Shown: positions 1 to 11,526, counted from the first letter of the stretch. The stretch: DNA of 64,000 nt from Mustelus asterias (GCF_964213995.1 NC_135801.1:145576001-145640000); one strand, 5' to 3'. Notes: a model not told the origin generated them from the letters alone. Made by a program: numbers and translations.

Positions 1-270
1 ATATTGGCCCTGGGGTTTTTCACTCTGGGTTTTCGCCTCTCCCTGGAGATCACATGGTCTGGAATGGGGGGGTGGGGGTAAGTTAATAGGTTGTAATGAA
101 CAAAGCATCGTAGCTGTGAGGGACAGCTCGGTGGATAGGATATTGGTATGTAGATAGGCTGGAAAATTGGGTGGGGATCCTGGATTCAGGATTCAATCCT
201 AGACCGGGGAGCGGCGCGGGCTTGGAGGGCCGAAGGGCCTGTTCCTGTGCTGTATTGTTCTTTGTTGTTG
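1..270 (+). mobile_element. Young CR1-type 3' end (long 3'UTR, ...TGTATTGTTCTTTGTT tail), runs off the window start
   Basis: Ends in GGGCCGAAGGGCCTGTTCCTGTGCTGTATTGTTCTTTG, the CR1-type terminal motif; about 98% identical to the inverted copy at 347-650. Confidence 0.75.
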
Positions 271-346
271 TTGAGAACCAGTGGATGTGGTTTATTTAGA
301 CTTTCAGAAAGCTTTCAACAAAGTCTCACATAACAGACTACTATGT

Positions 347-650
347 AAAGAACAAAGAACAAAGAACAATACAGCACAGGAACAGGCCCTTCGGCCCTCC
401 AAGCCCGCGCCGCTCCCCGGTCCAGGATTGAATCCTGAATCCAGGATCCCCGCCCAATTTTCAAGCCTATCTACATGCCAATATCCTATCCACCGAGCTG
501 TCCCTCACAGCTACGATGCTTTGTTCATTACAACCTATTAACTCACCCCCACCCCCCCATTCCAGACCATGTGATCTCCAGGGAGAGGCGAAAACCCAGA
601 GTGAAAAACCCCAGGGCCAATATGGGGAAAAAAAAATCTGGGAAATTCCT
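347..650 (-). mobile_element. Young CR1-type 3' end inserted into the older CR1, inverted relative to 1-270
   Basis: Reverse complement of 1-266 at 358-623; (AAAGAAC)n tail. Confidence 0.8.
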
Positions 651-1097
651 CTTAGTTAAAGCACATGGGATTGCAGGTAATGTCTTGAGATGGATAGAGA
701 GCTAGTTAGCAGATAGGAAGCAAAGAGTTCGCATAAATGTGTCTTTTTCTAATTGCAGTGAGTGACTAGTGGGGTTCTGCAGGGATCTGTGCTAGGATGC
801 AGAGATAGGTCAGCTTGATTTGGACAGCCTGAGTGTGCAGGCATGTGCATGGCAGATGCAGTATATTGTGGATAAATGTGAGGTTATCCACTTTGGTAGC
901 AATAATAGGAAAACAGATTATTACTTGAATAGGTGTAAATTGAGAGAGGTGGATACTCAACGAGATCTTGGAGTCCTCATACTTCATTCGCTGAAAGTAA
1001 GCACGCAGGTACAGCAGGCAGTAAAGAAAGCAAATGATATGTTGGCCTTCATAGCAAGAGGATTTGAGTATAGGTAAAGGACTGTTTTGCTGAAATT

Positions 1098-1410
1098 GTG
1101 GTTAGCACTGCTGCTTCACAGCTCCAGGGTCCCGGGTTCGATTCCCGGCTCGGGTCACTGTCTGTGTGGAGTTTGCACATTCTCCTCGTGTTTGCGTGGG
1201 TTTCCTCCGGGTGCTCCGGTTTCCTCCCACAGTCCAAAGATGTGCGGGTTAGGTTGATTGGCCAGGTTAAAATTGCCCCTGAGATGCGTAGGTTAGAGGG
1301 ATTAGTGGGTAAATATGTGGGGGTAGGGCCTGGGTGGGATTGTGGTCGGTGCAGACTCGATGGGCCGAATGGCCTCCTTCTGCACTGTAGGGTTTCTATG
1401 ATTTCTATGA
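1098..1410 (+). mobile_element. HE1-type tRNA-derived V-SINE, CR1-type tail (tail A), slightly 5'-truncated
   Basis: GTGGTTAGCACTGCTG head, GGTTCGATTCC B-box, TGGAGTTTGCACATTCTCC core, (TTTCTATGA)n tail. Confidence 0.9.
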
Positions 1411-1844
1411 TGTATAGGGCGTTGGTGAGGCCACACCTGGAGTATTGTGTAAGTATCATGGAAACTTATAAAATTCTAACAGGGTTAGACAGGGTAGGTT
1501 CAGAAAGAATGTTCCCAATGATGGGAGAATCCAGAACTAGGGCTCATAGTTTGCGGATAAGGGGTAAACCTTTTAGAACCGAGCTGAGGAGAAATTTCTT
1601 CACCCAGCGGGTGGTGAATGTGTAGAATTCACTACCACAGAATGTAGTTGAGGCCAAAACATCTGATTTCAAGAAGAAATTAGCTATAGCTCTTGGGGCT
1701 AAAGGGGTCAAGGGATATGGGAGGAAGGGGAGATAAGAATATTGAATTCAATGAACAGCCATGATCAAGATGAATGGCAGATCAGGCTCGAAGGGCGGAA
1801 TGACCTACTCCTGTTTCTAGTTTCTATGTTTCTGTGTTTCTATT

Positions 1845-2080
1845 TTAAAATTGAGGCATTGCTGGACTGGGAGCCATCAGGTGATGTATGAATGGGACTT
1901 AGTCTGTGACAGGATATACACAGCTGAGTTTTGGACTAGTTTAAGTCAATGGAGGTGTAAAATGGGATACTAGTCGGGTACTCCTGGGAATAATTGAATC
2001 TGGCGGTAACAAAAGCATGGATAAGGAATTTAATAGTAGAAGGGCTGAAGGAGGAGTGGGGATGGTGATAATATTTAGGA
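1845..2080 (-). mobile_element. Degenerate L2-like LINE fragment
   Basis: Minus-strand peptide LIHAFVTARFNYS resembles the L2 ORF2 motif LIHAFVTSRLDY. Confidence 0.55.
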
Positions 2081-2321
2081 TCTGTCATTTGCTCAACACC
2101 CCTCAACAAGTGAAGAGCGAACAGAGTTAACATTGCAAGTCTGTAGGACTCTTCTTTGGAACTGAAGAAGAGTAGAATTGTGATGGATTATAAAGTTGGG
2201 AGAAAATGAAACAGAATTGAAGGTCAGGGATATGTGGGAACTAAGGAGAGATTGGCAAAGCTGTAATATACAAAAGACGATGGGAGTGTTATTGGTAGCA
2301 TTAAAGATTAAAGGAGGTGCT

Positions 2322-2632
2322 GGGGGACGGCATGGTGGCACAATGATTAGCACTGCTGCCTCACAGCGCCAGGACCTGGGTTCGATTCCCAGCTTGGGTC
2401 ACTGTCTGTGTGGAGTTTGCACATTCTCCCTGTGTCTGCGTGGGTTTCCTCTGGGTGCTCCAGTTTCCTCCCACAATCCAAAAGATGTGCTGGTTAGGTG
2501 GATTGGCCATGCTAAACTCTCCCTCCGTATACCCAAGCAGGTGCCGGAGTGTAGTGACTAGGGGTTTTTCGCAGTAACTTCATTGCAGTGTTAACGTAAG
2601 AATATTTGTGACAAATAAATAAACTTTACTTT
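2322..2632 (+). mobile_element. V-SINE with alternative tail (tail B)
   Basis: Same head/core as the HE1-type SINE but ends ...CAGTAACTTCATTGCAGTGTTAA...TTGTGACAAATAAATAAACTTT. Confidence 0.85.
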
Positions 2633-3440
2633 GATATTGGCATAAAGGTAAAATAGTAGAACGTGTTAATGGGAGAATAAAGGTCAGTGTTCAGTGAAAG
2701 CAAAACTTAAGAACAAGTGACAGATGACCCAATGGGGTGGGGGAGGGCTGTGCCTTTGCATTGGGACAAAAACGATTTAAAAGGGGGGGGTCAAGATGGA
2801 GAGGAAAGTTCCCAGTCTGAAGTTGTTGAACTCAATATTGAGTCACGAAGGCTGGAACGTACCTAATCAGAAGATGTGTTGCTGTTCCTCCAGTTTGCAT
2901 TGGGCTTCATTGGAACATTGCAGCAGGCCAAAGATGCACATGTGGGCATGAGAGCAAGATGCTGAGTTGAAAGGCGAACAACAGGAAGGTTTGGAGCCTG
3001 CTTGTGGACTGAGTGAAGGTGTTCCGCAAAGTGGTGACCTATTCTTTTTCCAGTGTAGAGGAGACCACTTTAGGAGCATTAGACCAAATTGAAGAAGGTG
3101 CAAGTGAGGTCCATGGACAGTGAGGAGGGAGGAGGATAATGGGCAGGTGTTGCCCCTTCTGCGATTGCAAGGAAAGGTGCCATGGGAAGGACTCTATCAT
3201 GGTTCAGGGAAGGAGGGGAAGGGATGAGGGCAGAGGTGTGGGTGATTGGTCGGACACGGTTGAGTGCCTTTTCAACCTTTCAAAGACAGATATGTCAGAA
3301 GCACTGTTTTTGAAGGTAGCATCATCGAATCAGATGTGACAGAAGTGAAGAAACTGGGAGAATGGGATGGTGCCTTTACAGGAAGGAGAAGTGTGAGGAT
3401 CTGTAGTCGAGGTAACTGTGGGAATTGGTGGGTTTGTAAT

Positions 3441-3791
3441 GGGGCGGCACGGTAGCACAGTGGTTAGCACTGCTGCTTCACAGCTCCAGGGTCCCGGGTT
3501 CGATTCCCGGCTCGGGTCACTGTCTGTGTGGAGTTTGCACATTCTCCTCGTGTCTGCGTGGGTTTCCTCCGGGTGCTCCGGTTTCCTCCCACAGTCCAAA
3601 GATGTGCGGGTTAGGTTGATTGGCCAGGTTAAAAATTGCCCCTTAGAGTCCTGGGATGTGTAGGTTAGAGGGATTAGCGGGTAAATATGTGGGGGTAGGG
3701 CCTGGGTGGGATTGTGGTCGGTGCAGACTCGATGGGCCGAATGGCCTCCTTCTGCACTGTAGGGTTTCTATGATTTCTATGATTTCTATGA
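3441..3791 (+). mobile_element. Full-length HE1-type V-SINE, tail A
   Basis: GGGGCGGCACGGTAGCACAGTGG head through (TTTCTATGA)3 tail; near-identical to copies at 1098, 11152 and 44797. Confidence 0.92.
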
Positions 3792-4912
3792 ATATTGGTG
3801 GTCAGTCCACCACTGGAATTGGAGACAGAGAGGACAAAGAAGGAAAGTGAAGTTTCGGAAAAGGTGAGAGGGGGTGGAAATTGAAAGCAAGATCAATAAT
3901 TGTTTTCCAGGTCCAGACAAGAGCATATAGTGGCACTGATACAGTCATCAGTGTAACTGAAAAAGAGGTGTTGCAGGGGTTCGGAATAGAACTGGAACAA
4001 GGAATGTTCTACATACCCAACAAATAGACAGACATAACTCTTCAGCTCTGAAGAAGAGTCATACAGACTCAAAATGTTAACTCTCTTTCTTCCTTCATAG
4101 ATGCTGCCAGATCTGCTGAGTTTATTTCAGTTTGATTTCAGATTTCCGCCATCGGCAGCATTTCATTTTTATTTACCCCCTCAACAGGTTGTCATTACAG
4201 TGTACAAACCCATTCACTGTTTCTCTTTATATTAAAATACCGACATTTACTTGCATCGGCCACCTGTCTGCCCATCTCCCCAAGTGCTGGCTTCTTAAAG
4301 TTTTGTTTTACAGGCATTCTTGCTCCTTATCAAATCCATAATTACTACTAATTAGTCCCTCCCCACCACACCCCTCCTCCCCCTCCCCTTCCCCACCACC
4401 CCTGGCAAAATATCTGTCTCTTTATTCCCCATGTGACAGGTCTAATTGTTTTTTCCCTAAATGCAGCCAATATAAGTCAAGTAACAATATCCTTATCCCT
4501 GCTGCTCGCTTTTTTAAAAAATATTGAAACGCACTCAGGCATTTGACTAAGGGTTCATTAATGAAAAAGCTTTAAGCTTGCCGGGTAAATGGAGAAAGGC
4601 TATTCCAGTCACATTTAAGTCTGCAGCCGGGGAATGGATGGAGGCTGCGCTGGTGCAGTGTGCATGTGGAGTGTGGGGGTATCACAGAGCAACGCGACGT
4701 ATCACCAACGCAACCACCTACCATTTCTGCATTGCAGAATTTTCTTTTTGACTCCGTCCATTTTTATTTCACATATAAAGCACAATAGGTTGTCAATATA
4801 ATCGACTTACTTTCCTCTCTCTTTCTTTTGCTGTAATTCTCCCTCTCTCGTTAAAGGTAAACGCAAAGATATGATGGGCCTGCTTTCGTTTTACTGTTGA
4901 GGTGTTTGCACT

Positions 4913-5091
4913 ATGAGGATTTGCAGGATGGTTCGCATGGCGAGTGTGCTGGGCTTGGTGATGCTAAGCGTCGCTCTGCTTATTCTATCATTGATCAGCT
5001 ATGTTTCACTCAAAAAGGACAACCTCTTCGCCACTCCGAGATACCTAGGCTCAGCCGGCCCGAGGCTCTATATGTTACACAGTGGATTTCG
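4913..5091 (+). CDS. ST8SIA3: ST8SIA3 exon 1 (cytoplasmic tail + transmembrane anchor), 179 nt
   Basis: MRICRMVRMASVLGLVMLSVALLILSLISYVSLKK... matches the vertebrate ST8Sia III N-terminus; donor CG|GTAAGT at 5092. Confidence 0.95.
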
Positions 5092-7274
5092 GTAAGTAAA
5101 TAATTTTTTTAAAATTTAAATTCCAAAATCAACAGAATCTGTGCAACAAGGGAAAAAAATAGACGTGTTGTCAGTTTGCAGCCCCCTTCCCCCCACATTG
5201 TTTCCCAATTGATTAGCTATTGGTTCTAGACTTCAAATCCAAAATCTATCCCCCCCCCTCACCCCCTTCGGTATTATTTCTAGTAATAATCGTATTGTCC
5301 GAAAGAGGCACGCAGCTCCCTGCAACCTGGCAGGCGTACAAGCATCTTTCTGTGTGTGTGTTGATCCTGACATGTTCGTCTCTCCTTCCTCCCCCCCCCC
5401 CCCCCACCCCCTCCCAACTAATTCCCCTCTCACCCACCCCTCTCTTCAGGTACCACGATTAAATCGGCATGTTTTAGATCTATACCCCGCCTATCACGTC
5501 GTTTCATGGAAAATAACAAGGTTTAGGGGGGGAGGGGATGGGGGGGGGGGTGGTGTCACTCTACCAGATGTTTGCGGCATTCATGGATTGTAGCCCATTG
5601 CAGAATGATGTGCAGCTGTCTGTCGCTTTGTTATCCGCACAGTGGCCCTTGCTGGGCCTGGAGCTGAAGCTCCACGGGGTGGAGGGGAGCGTTGGGGGTC
5701 CCTCCCTACCTCCCTTCCCGGGGGAGGGGGGGGTTCCTCTGGGGGACAGATTATTTCCCACAGCACCGTCATCCCGAATTTAAGAGAGGGCTAAATGCTT
5801 CATTCGGAAGTGTTGCTGTATGACTGTGTGCGTGTGTGTGTGTGTGTACATATATGTGTGTGTGTATATGTATATATAAATAAAACAAAATTACAGTTGT
5901 CTAGGTTCCATTGTGATGACCAATATGCTCAATGTTCTATCTGTAAAACAAGTAACATCTACGCTGTGCAAAAGGCTGCAGGGTTGCTGGTATTGGCAGG
6001 CAGGACCCGCACAATTTCTGCACAACTGACTTGAACATTCACATTTACAGACGAAATGCAGAGCTTGATGGGGGGAGCGTCACGAACAAGTAAGCATATT
6101 CCTTCACAAAATACAAGGGATCTGATTTAGTGCCTTATTTTTTTGTGAGGCCCTTCCAAGGGTGTAATTAATTGCCTCGCCCAGGCACAATTCTAATATT
6201 ACCTATTCTATGCCTTTCTTAAGACCTGTTATCAAAATTCAAGTTGAAAAAAATTACTGATAGCACAACATTCTTCATCTTACATGGATATCAAAGGATA
6301 TGTGTTTTAAATATTCCTGTAAGTAATTCGGGGTTTTGGAGTGGGGGGGGAGGGGGGGCGGGGACGGTTGGACGGGGTGGTGGGGGGATGGTTCTTACAG
6401 TTTCTGGAATTGAGATGCGACTTTTCAAACGAGCTATGATTGTTTCTCCAATCTTGTATGCCCCATGGTGCTGATCGACAGTGAAGGTTCCTTTACACAG
6501 ACAGCAACTTACATTTGTATAGTGCCTTTAACGTGGTTAAAATATCTCAAGGTGTTTCACAAGGAAGTAATCAGACACAAAATGACATGGAAACACTAGA
6601 ATGGGCATCTCAAAGCTTGGTCAGGGAGGTAGGATTTAAGAAGAGTCTTCAAGGGGAAGAGGTATAGGGGAGGGGTTCAGAGCTTGGGGCCTATTGGCTG
6701 AAGGCATAGCAGCCAATAGAGGGGGAAGGAAACCAGCATGCACAATGGGTCAGAATTATGACAATAAACCTTACTGCAATCTCAGTAAAAGAGAGAAGAT
6801 TCGACTACAGATAAATATTTTAACAAAGCCAGTAGAACAATCCAGTGTAAAATCAAGCAAATTTAAAATTAACAACTCGATTAGCAGAACAGGTGATGAG
6901 TTCTATTGGTCAAAAATAGAAATGCAGTCGATGATATTAAATCCATTTTTACTGAGCTAGCTAAATTAATGGAACTAGTTTGAGCACCATGCATTTCAAA
7001 GGCCCTTCATAAAGAAGACTTGTATCTATATAACATGTTCTACAATCTCAGGACATCTCAAAGTGTTGACAGCCAATGAACCACTGAACTTTTGTAACGT
7101 AGTCACTGTTGTAATGCACGAAAAATGGATTCATGACTCAACATATTGACACTGTTTCATATTCACCTATTGTTAATTTGGTACTCCTCCACCTTCCAAC
7201 ACCTTCCATCCTTTTGCCCTTTTCTAACATTCGGAGAATGGGACTGCAATGGTCAGATCAGATTTGATTTTTTT

Positions 7275-7576
7275 AAAGTTTATTTATTAGCGTCACAAGT
7301 AGGTTTACATTCTCACTGCAATGAAGTTACTGTGAAAATCCCCTAGTCGCCACACTCCGGTGCCTGTTCGGGTATACTGAGGGAGAATTTAGCATGGCCA
7401 ATGCACCTCACCAGCACGTCTTTCAGACCGTGGGAGGAAACCAGAGCACCCGGAGGAAACCCACGCAGATACAGGGAGAACATGCAGACTCCACACAGTG
7501 ACCCAAGCTGGGAATCAAACGCCAATCCCTGATGCTGTGAGGCAGCAGTGCTAACCACTGTGCCACCCTGCTGCCC
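7275..7576 (-). mobile_element. V-SINE, tail B
   Basis: Reverse-complement head at 7576, core, and AAAGTTTATTTATTAG tail at 7275. Confidence 0.88.
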
Positions 7577-7779
7577 ATAGCAGATTTATGACCATCTAAT
7601 TCTGAAACTTATTTAGTTGTAACCATTCTTTGACATTCCTATTCTTCCTGGTGTATTCTCTTTATTTATTCTACACCTGCACAGCTCCCACAAAGGGATT
7701 ACATCAGGAAAAATAGGAAGGTGTTGGGTAGAGAAGTACCAATATAGCAATAGGTGAATAAGAAACAGCCTGGAATTAG

Positions 7780-8850
7780 AAGAAGTGTACCTAATTGATA
7801 AATCCCCTGGGTCCATCCTGACTGTGTTGCAAATTATGTACACAGTGGAACTCTGGAAGATATCATTTATTTAGACTTCAGAAAGCCAACTAAACCACAA
7901 GAAGGAGCAAATAAAACTGAAAATCATGAGAGTACTTAGAACTAGGTTAAAATTTGAGTAAGAAGTATGGAAATGAAAACAGTAATCAGAGGATAGGAAT
8001 CAGAATACAAGAAGGTTCTAAAGAAGAGGAGGCTAATGATCAATGATTCAATAGAAAAACAATTAAAATAAAATCTATTACGATATGATACTTATCTGGC
8101 TGGTGAAAATCCATGTCTGCTAATGCTATATGTATATATATAAATATATATATGTACTACGTAGAGACCATATATGCAACCGGTGAGTACAATTTTGCTG
8201 AGTGTGATCAGATGGATTAGGTGCAAAGGGGAATAACAAGATTGACCATAAGTATCAACTGAAAGATTAAAGACATGCAGGTTCTATAGTGAAGAAGGAA
8301 AAAATGTGAAGGGGTAAACTTCACTGAGTTTGAAAAAATAATACATGATGTCAAACATTCCAAGTGAGATGACTTGGATTAAAATTGGTGTATTAAATCA
8401 TATTTATATTCTTAAAAGTTGAAATGCTTGGAATAATCCAGTTTACTGGCAGAGTCAAAGATGCTGGGAGCTTTCAGAATGCAAATGGAAACAAAAGTGA
8501 GTAACACCAGAAAAGAGAGCTTGGCTCTTCGGAGCGACCTGTTCCTTCCTTGGCTTTCTTCGCGTTCGTGGGACGGGTATTTAATTCTGAAAAGCTGGGG
8601 AGAGCTTCTCGGGATTAAACAAAAGCAAATTGGATAATGGAACCTGTAGAGTACATCCACTCTCCAAGAAAAGGCATTATTGCATGGAAAAATCAGTGGC
8701 GGGAAATGTACAAGGAATATCTCCCAGAGGGACAGAGTTGAAAGTTACTGACAGAAAGAATTAAACTGCTAAAATAGTAATTTGCCTGTCTAGGGGTAAA
8801 TTTTAAAATATTAAGAATAATTTATTGGGGTACAGAAAATGATTTCGAGT
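7780..8850 (+). mobile_element. Highly decayed CR1-like LINE in ST8SIA3 intron 1 (boundaries approximate)
   Basis: GATATCATTTATTTAGACTTCAGAAAGCC (DIIYLDFRKA) at about 7859 plus weaker RT-like remnants. Confidence 0.45.
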
Positions 8851-9115
8851 ACTTGAGGCCTCTGAATGAAGTAATTTGTAGGATTTTCAGCCAGAACTTG
8901 GCTCTGATAAGTAAGTTTAGGTGTTTGCTTGGATAGTTGCACAGGGATGGCAACTGGGGTCATGCTTTTCTCAACAAGTTAGTATAAATGATCAAGTCGG
9001 TGAAAGGTTGACAGCGAATTTGGCTCTTTTGTCAACTGAGCGGTGTAAATTCACGAGTAGTATCGATAAACTGACAGGGCAATATTCTAAACCGTGGTGG
9101 TGATTTTCCCTGCAG

Positions 9116-9238
9116 GTCACAGTTTTCTTTGAAGTTTCTGGATCCTTCTTTTGTGCCAGTTGGAAGTGGCCTTAACGACAATGTTCATGGCAAACCTGCG
9201 AAGTGGACTTTCAACACAACATCTTATTTAAAACAAAG
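9116..9238 (+). CDS. ST8SIA3: ST8SIA3 exon 2 (stem region), 123 nt
   Basis: Acceptor TTTTCCCTGCAG|G; reads SQFSLKFLDPSFVPVGSGLNDNVHGKPAKWTFNTTSYLKQR; frame-preserving donor is AG|GCAAGC. Confidence 0.92.
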
Positions 9239-9489
9239 GCAAGCCACTCTGAAAAGTGTAAAGTTCCAAAGAACTAGACCGGAAAGATTATCATTACTTT
9301 CTCTTTATTTCATACTTTCAGAAGTTGCAGAGTTTCTTTTATGTCTGAAATGTACAGACTCCCTGCTCTCCCCCTCTCCCCATCCAATAATGTTCAGATA
9401 AAATCAAAAAACTGATACAATTTTCATTATGGCGGAGGTGGGTGCCCTCCATTATGGAGGAGATGGGTGGATTGACAACATAGAGGCTC

Positions 9490-9790
9490 AGGCCTCATGG
9501 GGACATGGGTTCAAACCCCAACACCAAACAATTAACAAATCTGGAATTGAAAGATAATCTCAGTAATGATGACCATAAGACCATCATCAAATGTCCTGAA
9601 ACCCCATCTGCTTCACGAATGTTCCTTTAGCAAAGGAAATCTGTGGCCCTTAGCTGATCTGGCCTACATGTGACTCCAGATGAATGTGATTGACTCTTTA
9701 CTGCCAAGCCATTAAGCCCAAGGGGCAATTGGGGATGGGCAACAAATGGCGACTTTGCCAGCGACATGTCCCAGGAAAGAATTTTTAAAA
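9490..9790 (+). mobile_element. Older tRNA-derived SINE of a second family
   Basis: B-box-like GGGTTCAAACCCC, body AATCTGGAATT...GGCCTACATGTGACTCCAGA, tail GCCAGCGAC...CCCA..AAAGAAT; a similar tail occurs at 15935-15980. Confidence 0.6.
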
Positions 9791-9949
9791 TGTTATGTAG
9801 AACTATTTCGAGTCACTATTAGAGATAAGACCGACCAGGGGGGTGAATGAGATGTTTCACTTTACTATCAGTAATAGGCATATTTCAAAGTTACAGCTTC
9901 TCAACAAGAAAGATTTTAATAATTAATGTGTGTGTGTGTGGGTGTGTGG

Positions 9950-10105
9950 GGGGGTGGAGGGGAGGGTGATAGATAAGTTTGCAGATAACATGAAGATTGA
10001 CAGGTGGTTGATAGGGTGAGGAAGAAAGTCTCAGGTTGAAGGAAGATATAGATGGGTTGGTCAGATGGGCAGATCAGTAGCAGATAGGATTTAATCCTGA
10101 AATCC
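9950..10105 (+). mobile_element. CR1 RT fragment in intron 2
   Basis: AAGTTTGCAGATAACATGAAG (KFADNMK) ... GAAGATATAGATGGGTTG; similar to the reverse complement of 13085-13245. Confidence 0.75.
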
Positions 10106-10267
10106 TTCTCAAAGGGCCTTTTTGTTTCCAAGTTTTTTTTTCTACAGTTTAAACTTACTGAGGAATGTGTTTTTCCCCTGCAGTCCTAGAAGTGTGCATT
10201 CTGAATTCAAACCCATTGCCGAGAATGAACTGAAGTAACTCGTTCTTTTATCTTTTTTTTGTTTTAG

Positions 10268-10825
10268 GAAAGACATCAGTCGTTATGTCGACATTTATAA
10301 AAATTTTACCTTGGTTAAGAAAAGTGTGCGAGTTGGACAGTTGCTGCACTATGACTATTCCAACCACAAATACGTGTTTTCAGTCAGCAATAGTTTCCGA
10401 TCATTACTCCCCGATGTGCCCCCTATCTTGAAGATGCACTACAACACTTGTGCAGTGGTGGGGAACAGTGGGATCCTCATCGGCAGCCATTGCGGAGCTG
10501 ACATCGATAAGTCCGATTTCGTGTTCCGCTGCAATTTCGCGCCAACTGAATCTTTCGAGAAAGACGTTGGCAGAAAGACCAACCTCACGACCTTCAACCC
10601 GAGCATCCTCGAGAAGTACTACAACAATCTATTAACAATCCAAGATCGAAACAAGTTTTTCCTGAATCTTAAAAAGCTGGATGGAGCCATCCTTTGGATC
10701 CCCGCTTTTTTCTTCCACACGTCCGCTCCGGTGACAAGAACGTTGGTAGATTTTTTTATAGAGTACAGAGCCCAACTGAAGGTTCAGTTGGCCTGGCCTG
10801 GGAATATAATGCAACATATCAATAA
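10268..10825 (+). CDS. ST8SIA3: ST8SIA3 exon 3 (sialylmotif L), 558 nt
   Basis: Acceptor TTTTAG|G; CAVVGNSGILIGSHCGADIDKSDFVFRCNFAP...DVGRKT is sialylmotif L; donor AA|GTAAGT at 10826. Confidence 0.97.
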
Positions 10826-10872
10826 GTAAGTATGGTTTAAGGGGAATTTATACGAAGATTCAAATTGAAAGT

Positions 10873-11526
10873 GGGCAGCACTTTTGACATTACAGGGGGT
10901 GGCACAGTGGTTAGCACTGCTGCCTCACAGCACCAGGGACCTGGCTCCGATTCCCGGCTTGGGTCACTGCCTGTGCAGAGCTTGCACGTTCTCCCCGTGT
11001 CTGTGTGGCTTTCCACCCACAGTCCGAAAGACATGCGGGTTAGGTGCATTGGCCATGCTAAATTCCCCCTCAGTGTACCCGAACAGGCGCCAGTGTGGCG
11101 ACCAGGGGAATTTCACAGTAACTTCATTGCAATGTTAATGTAAGCTTACTTATCATAGAAATCATAGAAACCCTACAGTGCAGAAGGAGGCCATTTGGCC
11201 CATCGAGTCTGCACCGACCACAATCCCACCCAGGCCCTACCCCCACATATTTTACCCACTAATCCCCCTAACCTATGCATCCCAGGACTCTAAGGGGCAA
11301 TTTTTTTAACCTGGCCAATCAACCTAACCCGCACATCTTTGGACTGTGGGAGGAAACCGGAGCACCCGGAGGAAACCCACGCAGACACGAGGAGAATGTG
11401 CAAACTCCGCACAGACAGTGACCCAAGCCAGGAATCGAACCTGGGACCCTGGAGCTGTGAAGCAGCAGTGCTAACCACTGTGCTACCGTGCCGCCCATTT
11501 TTACTTGAATAAATAAACTTTACTTT
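10873..11526 (+). mobile_element. Tail-B V-SINE whose tail is split by the SINE at 11152-11496
   Basis: Head/core at 10873-11080; tail stops at GTAAGCTTACTT (11151) and resumes TTACTTGAATAAATAAACTTT at about 11500-11526. Confidence 0.8.
11152..11496 (-). mobile_element. Full-length HE1-type V-SINE, tail A, nested antisense in the tail-B SINE
   Basis: ATCATAGAAATCATAGAAA tail to GTGCCGCCC head. Confidence 0.92.

Larger units (their letters stand above)
272..1842 (+). mobile_element. Degenerate CR1 LINE ORF2/3' end, interrupted by younger insertions
   Basis: Peptide remnants DVVYLDFQKAFNKVSH, DKCEVIHFG, LVRPHLEYCV, FFTQRVVN; terminal TTCTATGTTTCT tail at about 1820-1842. Confidence 0.9.
2110..4174 (-). 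mobile_element. 5'-truncated Penelope-like retroelement (RT + GIY-YIG remnants) with inverted terminal repeat copy
   Basis: Minus strand 4039->3901 reads SYVCLFVGYVEHSLFQFYSEPLQHLFFSYTDDCIS (RT YxDD region). Minus strand near 2820-2970 reads FNSASCSHAHMCIFGLLQCSNEAQCKLEEQ...LNIEFNNF (endonuclease C-terminus). Terminal repeat at 2110-2165 (-) recurs inverted from about 4044 (+). Two SINEs are nested inside. Confidence 0.8.

Noticed and set aside
1049-1625. Recurrent ORFs such as MVSTAASQLQGPGFDSRLG... and MDCGRKPEHPEETH...
   Set aside because: Translations of the multicopy V-SINE on either strand, not genes.
3441-3515. tRNA-like A/B boxes at SINE heads
   Set aside because: Part of tRNA-derived SINEs continuing into core and tail; not stand-alone tRNA genes.
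6456-6475. RE1-like TCAGCACCATGG on the minus strand in ST8SIA3 intron 1
   Set aside because: Right half reads GGGGCAT instead of GGACAG; only a half-site.
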